Assembly: GCA_024704765.1 (NCBI GenBank) | Contig: JAKMXF010000074.1 | Location: forward strand, 1 to 34,473 | Source of the DNA: Oopsacas minuta | Lineage: Eukaryota; Animalia; Porifera | Reading direction: 5' to 3' | Length of the DNA stretch: 34,473 bases | In this document: positions 1 to 13,400 of the stretch, in pieces | How positions within the stretch are numbered: the first letter of the stretch is position 1 | Layout of the letters: each line of letters opens with the position of its first letter | Program-made: the position numbers and the translations under genes | The notes under the pieces: generated by a model | Database searches by the model: none | What the model saw: the letters and a program-made list of their open reading frames with translations, nothing else | What the model was told of the DNA's origin: nothing

Positions 1-292
1 TACTAAAACTTGGTGGATATTCCTTGGCGTATCGCCGAGTAATGAGCGGATTTTGATGTATGCTCTTTGTTCAAGTAGAAATTCATTAGATTTTGAAACC
101 ATAAATTCCTCTGTGGTTGCTATAACCTATCTTCAAAAGGGTGTATCTCAAAAAATATCAAATCAATTTCCACAAAGTATAGTGTCCTAAATAGACGAAA
201 ATCTAAGCTATAAATTAGATGCAAATAGTAAATACATGTGGTTAAACAATGATAGCAATAGCTAGGGTTACGAACTACTTGAAATCCCTTTG
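1..292 (-). mobile_element. 5' end of a mariner-like transposon (runs off the left edge of the window)
   Basis: Minus-strand ATG at 102 gives MVSKSNEFLLEQRAYIKIRSLLGDTPRNIHQVLV, resembling mariner transposase N-termini (EQRAxIK...IH..L). A TA followed by CAAAGGGATTTCAAGTAGTTCG (292 downward) resembles a mariner TIR. The second TIR is outside the window. Confidence 0.5.
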
Positions 293-1397
293 TACGTATA
301 GTATATGATTTTGTAGGTAGAGTAAAAGTATTTATGAACAAAGGTAATAAGGGAGAATTTCCGCCTGTTGTCAAGATTCAAGAATGCTTTGATGTTCGTT
401 GATCTAATAATCAAATCTTGCAGACTTATCTATATATCCAACGCTAGGGGACGTAAGACCCCACTTTGCAATGATTCCGCTGTGGCATAAAATCCCAACC
501 ATTTACTCTTCTCCAAATGGTGTTCATCAATCTTATAGATTGTAACCGTAGTGTTAGATACAGTTATGTAATGGTAATGCCAGAAATTATGACTATCTGA
601 GAATCAAAATTTATACAATACCAGAATACGTAGTGTGAAATATCCTAATACAATTTTTGAAATCAAGAGTAGTCTTCCAACTGTTCCAGAGACTATAAGG
701 ATAGTCCTCAAAATATCACAGATCTAGAGTGAATAACGAAATATAGAATATTGTAGATTGGATGAATATGTACTCGACACGATACAGCAGCGTTTCCCAA
801 TTTTAGAACAGAGAACAACAGGATCACAGATAAAACAAAACAGATAGGTCCTATCATAGGCGTAGAATTAGCCAAAGTGGGGAGCCGATACCCGTCACTT
901 GTATCCAGTTTCCTTATAAAGAATGGATTGTATTATCATACTTTCCTTCTTTCATATAAATATTTACTTAGTTTCTTGAAATTATCATACACGTTTACCT
1001 ATAAGCAACTATAATACAAACTTAGGCTGCATTTCCATATATTCTCAATTTCAGCCTCAAAGTTACTTAACAGTTCCATATTTTGTTATATTAAAAATAT
1101 CTGTTCGTACCACAGTACTGAATATAAACTGGAATTTCCCTATGAATATCCATTATTATCATTTACCAATTAGCTGAAGCCCGAACCACCGCCCTACTTA
1201 ATCGTCTGCAAGAATGCAATTATTCTACGCATATTTGTTCAATTTCTAACTGATTCTAGGTATACTCGTACTGTAGAGTACACTGTCTATATACCGTCGC
1301 TAATTAGAACAACATGTTCCAATAGTTAAATATTTCGTTCGGATTAGTGAAATGCATTGAAACATTACTATAGGAGCTAGAAGCACATATTTGAAAA

Positions 1398-1931
1398 TTG
1401 AAAGTTGTACAAACGATGAAAAAAATTAAGAGTGTCAAGGGAGGTGTTAGTGTCCCCCTTGGCCTAACAGCTGACACAAACGGAGAAGTGTTAGTTGCAG
1501 ATAATAAAGATAATATAATTGTGGTATTCAGCTCTGATTTAGAATATATTAAAGAAATAGGAAATAGCAAACTCAGACACCCGCGTGACGTCAAAATAAA
1601 TAATAATAAGATATTTGTAGCAGACAAGAATGAGATAAATAATATCCACATATTCTCTAAATCAGGTGATTTGTTGAAAAGTTTCATAAAATTAGAACAT
1701 GGAGTAGGATCTATTTTTATGTGTTTTGATATAAATAATAATATTATAATTAGTGATTATTTTGGGAAATTAATTAATAAATTTACTAAAGATGGACAGC
1801 TGATACACAAAATTAAATGTAATAATCCTACTGGAATAGTTGTTAATGATAACTTTGATATTATTAGTGCTAGTAGTGATGATGATGTAATAAATATATA
1901 TTACCATAGTTCACTCTTTTTATATTCATAA
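1398..1931 (+). CDS. NHL-repeat (beta-propeller) protein, C-terminal part or 5'-truncated ORF
   Basis: Repeated NHL-like units: PLGLTADTNGEVLVAD, HPRDVKINNNKIFVAD, FMCFDINNNIIISD, NPTGIVVNDNFDII. An in-frame TGA at 1392-1394 bounds the ORF, so it is a terminal exon or a truncated copy. Confidence 0.75.
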   Translation: MKVVQTMKKIKSVKGGVSVPLGLTADTNGEVLVADNKDNIIVVFSSDLEYIKEIGNSKLRHPRDVKINNNKIFVADKNEINNIHIFSKSGDLLKSFIKLEHGVGSIFMCFDINNNIIISDYFGKLINKFTKDGQLIHKIKCNNPTGIVVNDNFDIISASSDDDVINIYYHSSLFLYS

Positions 1932-2781
1932 TTACGGTGTTGCCCCGGATTTGTGGCCCCTCGGGTAAGGAGTCCACATTTAGGATATGTTCGCCTTCCT
2001 CCCATGATTCCCCTACACCCTAAACATCAGAAATCAGCTATACTATCCCACACTCGAATCTTCAGGGAGGACTCACACAATTACTTATATTTTGTATTAG
2101 CTCTATGGGACTGTAACGAATCCAATGGTGGGCCTTATGCCTCCTCCCCCGGCAGGTCGGTTAGGAAATTCCTTACCCTAGTGCTACAATAGGTGCCAGG
2201 CCATCTATTCTTGCGAATGAAAACAATTACATTTCTAAACGTTTCAAATATAAAATGGCATAATATATTTACATATTATTGAATATGCCACGATTTACTT
2301 TGTTGCCTTACCCAGTAGAGTCTTCACCCTGAATTGATATTTGTGTTCCTCAAATACATAATACATGTACAAGGATTATCAGAAAACAATCATAGGCGAC
2401 ATTCACTCAGGCCTTATCTTTCCAGTTATCTGTTGCATTCGTGTTTCCTAGTGATTTGTGGTTGAGATAGTCAATAATGCGATATAGTATGATACATCGT
2501 AGTACAAGTAGCACTACCAACTATCAAGCAATATGTCTTGACAAGCCAAGAGGAATCATTGGGGTGCCATGCACCCCCGACACCCCACAAGTCATATGAA
2601 TCGGTGAAACGAATATACAAACAGACAACATTTGATATAATAAATAGATTTGATAAAGAATTAATTTCGAATTATCTAAATTAGATAATATAATATATAT
2701 ATAATACCAATCCTATTGTGTTCACGGGATTGAAATATTCGAATTTTCGAATTAAAATCTAATAAAAAGAGCTAGCTAAAT

Positions 2782-5700
2782 CTAGAACTTGATTAGTTTA
2801 ATAGAGAATAGCTGCTCCACAACACTAGTATCCGCCATAGTACTAATGTCTCCTAGCTCGTGATCATTCCTAGCAATCTTCCGAAGAACTCTACGCATTA
2901 TCTTCCCGGAGCGAGTCTTGGGGAGGCTAGGAGCCTCATGGATTACGTCAGGAGCAGCAAATTTACCGATTTTCTCACGAACTTCAGGAGATAGATTGAT
3001 AATACTTATTTCTCACAAAATTGTTCGATAATAATTTCATAATCCGTTCAGATAAAACTCCTCTCCCGTTTTAATGAAGTGATTCTTTAACCATTTTGCT
3101 TTAAAGTAATTCATTTACTCTGCTTACAATAAATAACGCTTAAAAGGAAATGAAATCGGGTCCCGAGCACTTGGTTATAACTAGAGTGTATTGTATATAA
3201 CTACGTATATAGTTTTTTTAGTTATTATTGTACATCGAATGGATAGAATGAGAGACCAAAATTGTAGATTCATTACACCACATTTGTTAATTAAATGAGA
3301 GGTTATATCCTTAAGATAATTCAATTTAATAATGTGGATTGTCGGGAATTTAATCCCAAATTTTAGGAAATAAGAAATAGCTTAGAAAATATGTATTATT
3401 TAACAATGTATACGTACCTAGTTCTATAAGTTGTTCAGCAAGCTGTAAGGTAAACTCAGCTCCCTATTTAGAGAGATAGGTTTCATTAAAATGTATAGAA
3501 TGGGACTGATAGAGTAGTTGTAGATATGCACTCATTATCGAGAGATTATGTGATGCTATATTCGTATTAAACAGGATATACTATAGTAGACATCCTCTTG
3601 GAATGATAATTAGCATCATGAATGAAATATCAAACTCGAACTCACTTGTCTCAGAGTTACAAAACAGTAAACACTCTCTCCTTTCACCTCGTGTATTCCG
3701 CTTACCTACACACAGAGGAAACTAACCGAATTACGTACACCTTATCCAAATATGTTTCCTATACAATTAGTACAGGAATAGAAAACGGATTGGAGAAATG
3801 CGTACTAACTGAGTTCTACTATTGTTTAATATTAAATCTGGACAAACAGACAAATCATTGAAAAACAGTTGTAATCGGGCTATTTTAATTACCGGATATT
3901 TTGTCCTAGAAAAAGCGATATGGTTTTATAGAAATTCATTCCTCATGTAAAGAAACGGTCCAAAACCGATTTCGACTGTATAATAACATGGCTTACTCAC
4001 TACAGCAGCTTCTACAATATCAACATGTTGAACCAGTGCAGATTCTAATTCAGCTGTTCCTAATCTGTGTCCAGCCACATTCAATATGTCATCTGTCCTA
4101 CCTGTCAACCAGTAGTACCCCTCTTTGTCTCTGTAGCAACCTAGTCTTTGTTGAATAAATAATGACAGAATTTACAAAGATTACGTAATGAGTAATACCA
4201 TCTCCAGTCAAGTAGCAGCCAGGAAACTTTTCGAAGTAAGTAGACTCAAATCTTTTATGATCTCCATACACAGTCTTCATCATGCCAGGCCATGGATTCT
4301 TGATAACCTAACAGACTCACTGAGTTAAACTATTATATAGAATACTTATTCTAGTATCACTTACCAAATATCCCCCTCCCTCTCCCTCTATCTCCTTACC
4401 TTCTTCGTTAAATATAGCTGGAACAATCCCAAAGAATGGGAATGTCTATAAAGCATGTAATTAAGAATTAAACTCTATACGATAAATATATAGTATCAAT
4501 AAACAGGAATTCTTACAGCCGATCCTGGTTTCTGAGGAGTACATCCTGGTAGAGGTGTGATCATTTGTCCTCCCTATAGTATAAGTTAACCGGTAATATT
4601 TCACAGTTACAACAATGGCTTACTAAACATACGATGTCTCCGAGAAGGCCGAAGCTATATTCTCATTTGTAACTAAGCCTCTAAATAAATGCAAAATTCT
4701 TGTAATTTCAAGATATGAAGTATCCGTTGCGACAACTTATTAAGTTCAAACGGCCATCCTTCGTTTCGTTTAGGCGCGATTTATGCGATGATGTCAGCAT
4801 TGATTTACCTAGAGTATGATCTTTATACGTAATATTATATACAAAGACTATGTTCTATCAACTTTCTTGATGGAGATGTTCGAATTCAAAATTATTAAAA
4901 TATATAAGTTTACAAACGTTTATTAACATATTTAATTATAGATTGTATCAAAATTATTGGGATACCGACATTTTGATACAGTTTAAAAAGGACAACGTCA
5001 AAGTCAAAGAGTGCTTGCAGCCCCTATACAACCGCTCAGTCTTGTTGAACTCGAGGTTCCAATGGAATACAGAAGTAGAGCTAAAGGAGAGATGTTTCTA
5101 CTCCACGATTCGGGCCAGAATCCAGATCCAGGAAGAATTCTAATTTTTTGAATCTATCAAAATATTGAGATTTAAAATGTTCACAACCAGCGTTGTAATG
5201 TGCCATCTGCTGTCGAGCTGTCACATTTAAGACAGCTCTTAGCTCCAGCTCCCAACAGGTGTAGTTAATCCACGCACTACTCGGTGGGCCGAACCCCTTA
5301 CTAGATGGCTATTTCTTAACTAGAGTAGGAAGGGTTTCATACAGGATTTGCATGCAAGGGGGGAAGTTTGGAATATGTAAATTTTTAAGGTGGCCAGCTA
5401 CTAAATCACATCTCTTCACTTTATCCATCAAGTGAAATTTATTATTGCGTTTTATTGTAAAGAAGGTTACTTCTGTGATACTTGATTGATCATGAAATTA
5501 CCTGCTGGATGTGTAGCTATACAGTGGGTAAGCGTGTATCACTATGGCACAGAGAAGCCTGCTGAAACGTTAAGTGGTGAAGAATGTAACGTTTGGAACA
5601 GTAAACCAAGACGTATTGTTGTTTAGATGAATTTGATAGTAATCAGTGTATTTGGTAGGTTTGCTGTTTCTTTATTTATTTTAAATAAATTTATTAAAAC

Positions 5701-8700
5701 ATATTTGTTTAAATGGTTTTTCGAGGGGGGGGCCACTTGAAAGCTCAGGGGGGCACTTGCCACCCCTACAACCCCTGCATGAAACCCTACTAGGGTATTC
5801 GTTCTTCTTCCAAACAAGATGCGGATCACACATACAAAAGAATATGGGAACAAGTGATTGCTCTGTCCTCATGCAGATTCTTTGAAAATGCTTCAATGAA
5901 TAGTTTTCAGTAATACTGACAACGCTTTGAAGCGAATGTTTGAATTCGTTCATATAATTCACAATCATAATGAATACAAGGTCGATAATCGGAGGGAGAC
6001 ACTGTGTATAAGACTGATATGAGATTTCTGTACAATATTAGTACGACTTTTGCTTACAGTGACATTTTTGACAATTGAATACAGTAACTGCTTATATATC
6101 AACCTTGTTTATATTTTCAATATTTAATTAACTGATCAAGGATTTTAGTAGAAAATTAATCAATGTACCTGTAACTTAGAATTAAACATATTAAAATTGA
6201 CACAGATATCTCTCTCATTAATACCATTGTGTAACACAAATATTTGTTTATGGATATGACATAATCTCCATTTATATTCGAGTTTTGAGGTAAATCAAAT
6301 AATTTGGAGATGACATCTTTCCTAAACTTCTGAGATAGATATTATTAAATTATAGCAACCTATGACTTAGACATATTTGAACTAGTCAAATAACTAAATA
6401 GCAATGCAGTGGTTGGCAAACTTTTTCTCTAATTCCCCCTGTTTTCCAACACTCCCCTTATCAAATCTGTGCATTAAAACGTTAAGATGATACATGTTCA
6501 GAATCAGATTTCTTCATTAGGGTAATGAATTTGCTTGTACTTGTGAGAACCTTGTTTGACCAGTTCTGTGGGAACCAGTTTCACCAATACTAATAATGTC
6601 TGTATTAGAGATGTGACCGACCTATGATAGTATATAGATTGGGTGGATATGCTCTAGGAATAAACCCTAAGTACCTTATTCTCTAAAATTCCAAAACTAT
6701 TAGATATGATGTCATATCATAGAATTATCATATTTTTAGAAGTTAAGATAGAAATACCCCTAACAAAAAGATATGATTAATTTGAAATACAATTGTGGAA
6801 GTTAACATCATATACAAAGTATGCTCAAGCAGCAAGCACTGCACGTTTGTATTACTGATACCAATGCTGCTCAAGAAAACATATATAGAGCAATCATTGG
6901 TGAATTGTTCAAGGAAAGAACAATGCTGATAGAGCTACTCTTTACAATAATCTTCATTTGTTTTGTGGGAGGGGTGTTCTACATAATTCAAATACAAAAC
7001 GATTTGATAAAACACCCCCGTCATTCTGAGACACAAAATGAGAACTCATTTCTTAAAGAGTTTTTTATTCAACAAATGAAGCGCACTAATACACCTACAA
7101 GAGAGGAACCTGTAAACAAATATTCTACTAATGAAAATGCTACGGATATGTCCGGACAAGCCCAAAATCAACAATTTTCTCCTCCATGCGGGTCAAGTTT
7201 GAATACATGTCCAATTCCCCCTAAACAACCTGAAGACCCTTTTGCAAGCTTACCTTATTCACCCTCATTTGTAAACCCAAGCCCCTTTGATCACAAATAT
7301 CCACAAAAGCATGAGCTAAGTCGTCCAGAAACGAAAATAAAATGGAATCCATATTCTTCAACTGCTGATGAACAAGATTCGAATAAAGGGTCAAAGTTTT
7401 CACAATTTTCAAGTATCTTCGGTAAAGTGTTGACTTCTATCAATAAAGTTACATCGAGCGATAAAAAAGATCAACAACAAGAAAGCTTCGAAGAGAAGTA
7501 TGTATCAGGTCTCCTGAAACGTTCAACATACCTTGAAAATGTAAATACACTGAAGGTATACAAACTGAATCTGAAAAAAATATGTTGCGATACAAGTACC
7601 CAGCTTAGAAAGTTTGAATTCGGCAGTTCCAATTTGAAGAAGTTGAATGATAAGGTTATAATGATAGTAGGTGCTACAGGTTCTGGGAAAACAACACTCA
7701 TAAACACCATGATTAACTATGTGTTGGGTGTTCAGTATGAAGATAAATTCAGGTTCAGATTAGTGACCGATGATACACAAGACGAGATAAGTCAAGCACA
7801 TAGCCAAACTACTTGGATCACTGCATACACTATTCACCATCAAAAAGGATTCAAAGTTGATTACACTTTGACTATAATCGATACACCGGGTTTCGGAGAC
7901 ACTGGAGGAATCAGGAGGGATGCAGAGATTACGAAACAGATTCACAATTTCTTCACTACCCATGGGAAGAAAGGGATAGACCATATTGATGTTGTTGGGT
8001 TTGTTGTTCAATCGGCTCTTCCTCGCCTTACCTTTACTCAAAAGTATATATTTGATCAAATTCTGTCACTCTTTGGGAAAGATATCGGGGAGAACATTTA
8101 TCTAATGCTCACATTCGCAGATGGTAAAGATCCACAGGTCCTGAATGGTATAAAAGAAGCTCATATGCCATTTAAGGAATACTTCAAGTTCAATAACTCC
8201 GTCATTTTCGATGATGTATCAGAAGATGAATTCGCTTCAATGTTCTGGCAGATGGGCATGAAAAGTTTCGAAAACTTTTTTTGTCATTTCTCAAGAATCA
8301 AATCTAAATCACTGACACAAACTAGGGCAGTTCTTGAAGAGAGGGAACGAATTGAAACCAAGGTTGAAGGCTTACAATTTGAAGTCAAACGTGGTCTAAA
8401 CAAGTTAGAGCAACTCAAGCATGAGGTGGAGGTTGTATTACAACATGAAGCAGATCTTGATCGTAACAAGGATTTCACATACACTGTGAATGAAGATATA
8501 ATCGTTAAACAGACGTTGAAACCGAATACCTATGTGACGAATTGTATCATATGTAATTTCACCTGCCATAATCCTTGTGGAATCCCTAATGATGGAGAGA
8601 AGTATAATTGTAGTGCGATGGATGGGGGCGGGAAAAGTAACGCTAAATGCAGAGTATGTACTAAAGGATGTTCCTGGGAACAGCATAAAAACATGCAGTA

Positions 8701-10385
8701 CTATTTCACTACTAATAGAAACACTGTGACCAAAACTTCAGATGACCTGAAAAAGAGGTATCAAGATGCAACTGGTAAAGTCAAATCAGCCAATCAGATA
8801 ATTTTGGAAATGGTGAACGAATTTGAAGCTGTCCAAGTAGTGATACTAGGTATAACAGAAGTATTACGTAAAAGCATTAACAAACTGAACGAGATAGCCT
8901 TGAAGCCTAATCCCTTATCTGCTGCTGAATACATTAGTATCTTGATTGAGTCAGAGAAATCTTCTGCTGAACCAGGATGGCAAGATCGCGTAGAACATCT
9001 AAATGGAGTAAAGGTGAAGATAGAGAGTTTGGCTGCAATTGAAAAGCAAGGATTTGACCCATTTGAAGAATATAAACGTAAAATTCAAGAGGAAAGGAAT
9101 AACACAGAAGGAGTGTGGTGTGCAGTTGCTGGGTATCTCCAAAAGATACAATATTGGAAAGTGTAGATATATATTTAGCGTTTAGCTTTGTTTGTGTGTT
9201 CTTATATTCCCAACCATATGTTTTAGTGCATATGTGCTTGATTGAGTAATTTAGTAACTAATGATAGCTGCTTGCTAATTTTTGTGAATTTTTAGCACGG
9301 CCCCGAAGGCGGGGAGATGCTGATTTATCCGAGGATTTCACCTAGGACATAGGACATACTACCTATGGAAGATAGGGGCCGTTAAACGTTACATAAGGCA
9401 GAACTGCTGTAGGAGAACGGTTCTACAATATAAAATTTGAAAATCAAAGAATTAACATTTTGATCACGGATTATGTAAACTCTGATGCCATGATTAAAAT
9501 TGAGCCAAAATGAAATGAAAGATGGCCGTTTGACATATTTAGTGATCATAATGTGCGGATTCCTAACGCTATGATATTTTGGCGAATGTTACCTTAACTG
9601 GGCATGTTTCATATTGCCTGGACAATTTGCAAATAGTCCAGCGTAAGGTTTGGAAAACCTACAAGTCCCAATCACTTTGTATATTGCATCAAAACTAGTA
9701 ATCCGCGATAAATACGGAAACTAGAAAAGTTATATTTCCATATACTCCCTTAAGCCCTCACTGTTTCGGTCTGCCACCATGTATCCACAATAGAGCACCT
9801 CCTGTCTCCCACTATATTGTAGTACCAGATCCAAGTTTGAGGGTTGATGGGTTCACCCGCAGTTCCCAATATTTTCAGGCTTTCTCTTGAGTAGCTGGTA
9901 TATAGCATAAGTGTAAAGATATTGATGAACATATTTCATAATGATGTACAGCAGTGGAACCGCATATTAGTAAAAAGTAGAATTATCCCTGCTAATACGC
10001 GAATTTTGCTATTATGCACAATTACCATTAATACTATACAAAACTGCACTCCATGTCCATGAAAAAAGTAGCTAATAGGCGGTTTCCATTTTACCATAAC
10101 AGTCACATACTCACCTTTTAACAAGCTCGTCTCCAAACTTCATCAACATACGTATTACAGTAGGAGCTGTGTAGAATTTGCTAACTTTATAAGTATCAAT
10201 CATTTGCCAGAATCTACCAGCATCTGGGTATGTAGGAATACCTTCAAACTAATTAAATAAGATAAATATGATAATTGTATGAGAGAGTATATGTATTTTC
10301 CTATATCGTAGTTAACAGAAGGATATGTTATTCCCTATATTATATACGCAGATCATCTTCCGCTATTATTTTAATACAAAGTGGA

Positions 10386-10421
<36 letters not shown>

Positions 10422-13400
10422 AATTGAGTTTTTAAAATATAACTTACAATAACACTGGTAGCCCCAGAAGCAAGAGGACCGTATGTGACGGAAGAGTGAC
10501 CTGTTACCCACCCTATATCCGCTGTGCAGAAGAATACCTCTGGAGCATGATAGTCAAATACATATCTGTACAGATTTTGTCATGTATGATAAATGTTACT
10601 TATATAATATGTGTCATGAACCGTATTAAAGATGCACGGATTCAGGGCCTAGGTTAAGGGTATACTCAAGCAGTAGCTCTTTCGATAACCTTTTAATAAT
10701 TATTTAGGCTCTTAGCTAACCAAACGCGACTAAATCGTCTCCAAGAATTTCCACTAAACTACATTTCGAGACCCGAGGCGGATAGGACCGATTACGAAAA
10801 CAATTTCGAGTTGTATTTATAGGAAAGTTCCTCTTGAAACTTTCGAGCCAAATGATCATAAATATGTAATACAAAAATGAATAGTATAAAGAATACACCT
10901 GAATGCAGTAGATATATAAAGCATATAACCTCCGTGCGTGTGTATTACTCCTTTAGGCTTACCAGTAGATCCGCTATTGATAATAATTATAATACATTAA
11001 ATTGAGCATCATATTCTATAGTGTTAGTATATTTACCTAGTGTATAACATGTATAATTCAGTTTCAGCATCTACCCATTCTGGCTCACACGAATCAGCTG
11101 ATGTACTCATCAACTCTGTCCATTCTAACCAGCTGACTGTCTATAATTACACTTAATTTATTTGAGTAATATTTATACATAAATACCATATTTTCTGAGA
11201 TAAGTGCCCAGCGCTTATTCAAGAATTTATGTTATCTAAATATTAAAGCAAGAAATATGAATATTGATAATTCAAATTTTAAAATCTATACCATTAAAAC
11301 GCAATTAATCTGTATGTATTGATGAAACTTGAAGTCCCCAGGGCTGTTTGAGGCGCTTAGTGCCGAGTATATCCGGTCGCGTAGCGACCAAAAGTAAGAA
11401 GTTTAGCTGTTTAAGAGAGCTTATCTGAGGTGCTAAGCTGTCGTACAGCGACCTAGCAAGCGAAGCACGCTAGTAATATATTATATTCTGATTGTAGTAA
11501 AATATGTTTGCAGTCAAATTCCCATTTAGATCACCTGAGTGAACATACAACTATGCGGGTAGTAATTCATGTCCTCGTGAAGCGACGCGACAAAGCAAGC
11601 AAAGCACGCTAGTTTACGTAAAACCAAACAATAGAAATAGCCAACAAAGAGGAAAACAAGGAGATAATTACTTGGCTGACAGCTGTTTTAGGTTTGAATT
11701 CTGAGCTAGGATCTTCCTCATTAATCTTCTTTTTCATATTTCTGAATAGAATACAGCTCTTGGGGAGAAATCCTCTATGTATGATTGAAAAATAATATTG
11801 AAAATAGGAGGTTATAATGAAACTGGAATTCAGTATATCAAGCACTAGCCTGGATGAATTAAAAGAAAGCTTTCTGCAAAACTCAACAAAATGATGACAA
11901 GTTTCACTTTTCTAATCACATAATCATTATACCATTTTAGCTAGATAATGTCTCAATATATGGTAATTAATTGTTAGCATTTCAATACTTTTCAAATTAC
12001 CTAAATTAACTGAGTTCTGTAAATAATAGAATTACAGTCGCGGTCGCTTATTATGAACTAAGTCGGTGGTCACAATAAAGTGATTCCCATAGGATTTGTA
12101 TAAATCAAGTTCGCTTAATATGAGGTCTCTTTATTATAAACAAGATTTTTGGCCTAATGGGGTTCACAATAAGTGACCATGACCGTATTTGAAGTATACA
12201 AAGACTGGTCTCTACTATCATATTTTTAAGTTAGCTAATAATATCTCACTTAGTTTCGCACAACAGGAGTGCATCATCTGCTATTTCCTCTAGCTTGATG
12301 AACTTATTGCCTCGATATACTCCATCTATGTGTGTATATATATAAGACAATAAATATTCCAGGTACTTGAGCGTTAATAAGTATAAACACCTACCTGCCG
12401 TTATTATGAGGGTACATTTAGAATCTATTATACGAACAGCTAGAGAGTTAGCAGAAAATCCGGCAAACTATTTAGAAATAGAAATAAAGAAATAGATAAT
12501 ATAAAACTCGATGTTAATACGCTATAAATAAGTTCAAACTGCCATCCTTCATATTGTTTAAGCTCATCATACAAGATGCAACAATGTTGCGTCTTGTATG
12601 GTAGGCTTAGTTGCAATTTATCCAATGGCATTATAAGCATTTATACAACTGGGGCATTTCCCGAAAACATTGGAGGCTTATTTTTTATTTATGAGATTTA
12701 TAAAACTGGATTCTTATTTTTTACTATGATTCGGCAGCATGTATGGTCATATTATAAGAGGCCATGGAGTAGCGTATGCATTGGCAGGAAAGTTTAACGT
12801 TGACACTTATCATAAACAGATGAACTCACCACAATAGAGTGAATAGCCCCAACTCTAGCACAAGCTAGCATAGCTACTACAAGCTCTACTATCATTGGTA
12901 AGTATATTCCAATTCTATCTCCTTTCTTTACACCTAAAGGGATAAATTGGTATAATATTTAGTATCTGATAGAGTCTATAATGAAGTAATAGAGGTATTG
13001 TCTTATTTGAACCTACATCTGGTTTTTGGTTTGGGGGAGCGTGATCCTGAATAAATACTTAAAGGGATAATTGAGTGCTTTAATTAATTAAAAGTATTTT
13101 CGGTTTTCAGAGCAAAAAATAATTGTTAATTAAACTAAATTTTGCTCTGTTCACTTGCGAACGAATTCAGTTCCTATTACTCTTTATCAGAAGTTCTCCA
13201 CGAATATGATTATGGCCAATTGGCTACCTTGAAACTTGTCATACAGTAGAACTCGAATTGGACGTACTCCTCGGGAAACAAAAATTACTACATGCTAACC
13301 AAAGTACGTCTCATACGAATATTCTTCCTATACAATTACTGTAGAACTCGGTTAATACTTATTCGGCCTAAGACGTACTTTCGGTTTGTACTTACTTTTC

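Noticed and set aside
1953-2192. 79 aa ORF with alternative start codon
   Set aside because: No recognisable motif, no ATG at the start, and the region looks like a GC-richer repeat fragment.
3926-4283. ORFs 3926-4108, 4098-4283, 9750-9932 and 13850-14107 as separate small genes
   Set aside because: They are exons of the single spliced ACSS2 gene that read on into introns; GT-AG boundaries and phases join them exactly.
6407-6595. CAGTGGTTGGCAAAC, resembling a hAT terminal repeat
   Set aside because: No convincing partner end or TSD was found.
7221-8686. Several 60-100 aa minus-strand ORFs
   Set aside because: They are antisense shadows of the GTPase ORF and show no ACSS2 motifs; the ACSS2 exons flanking this intron already join without a gap.
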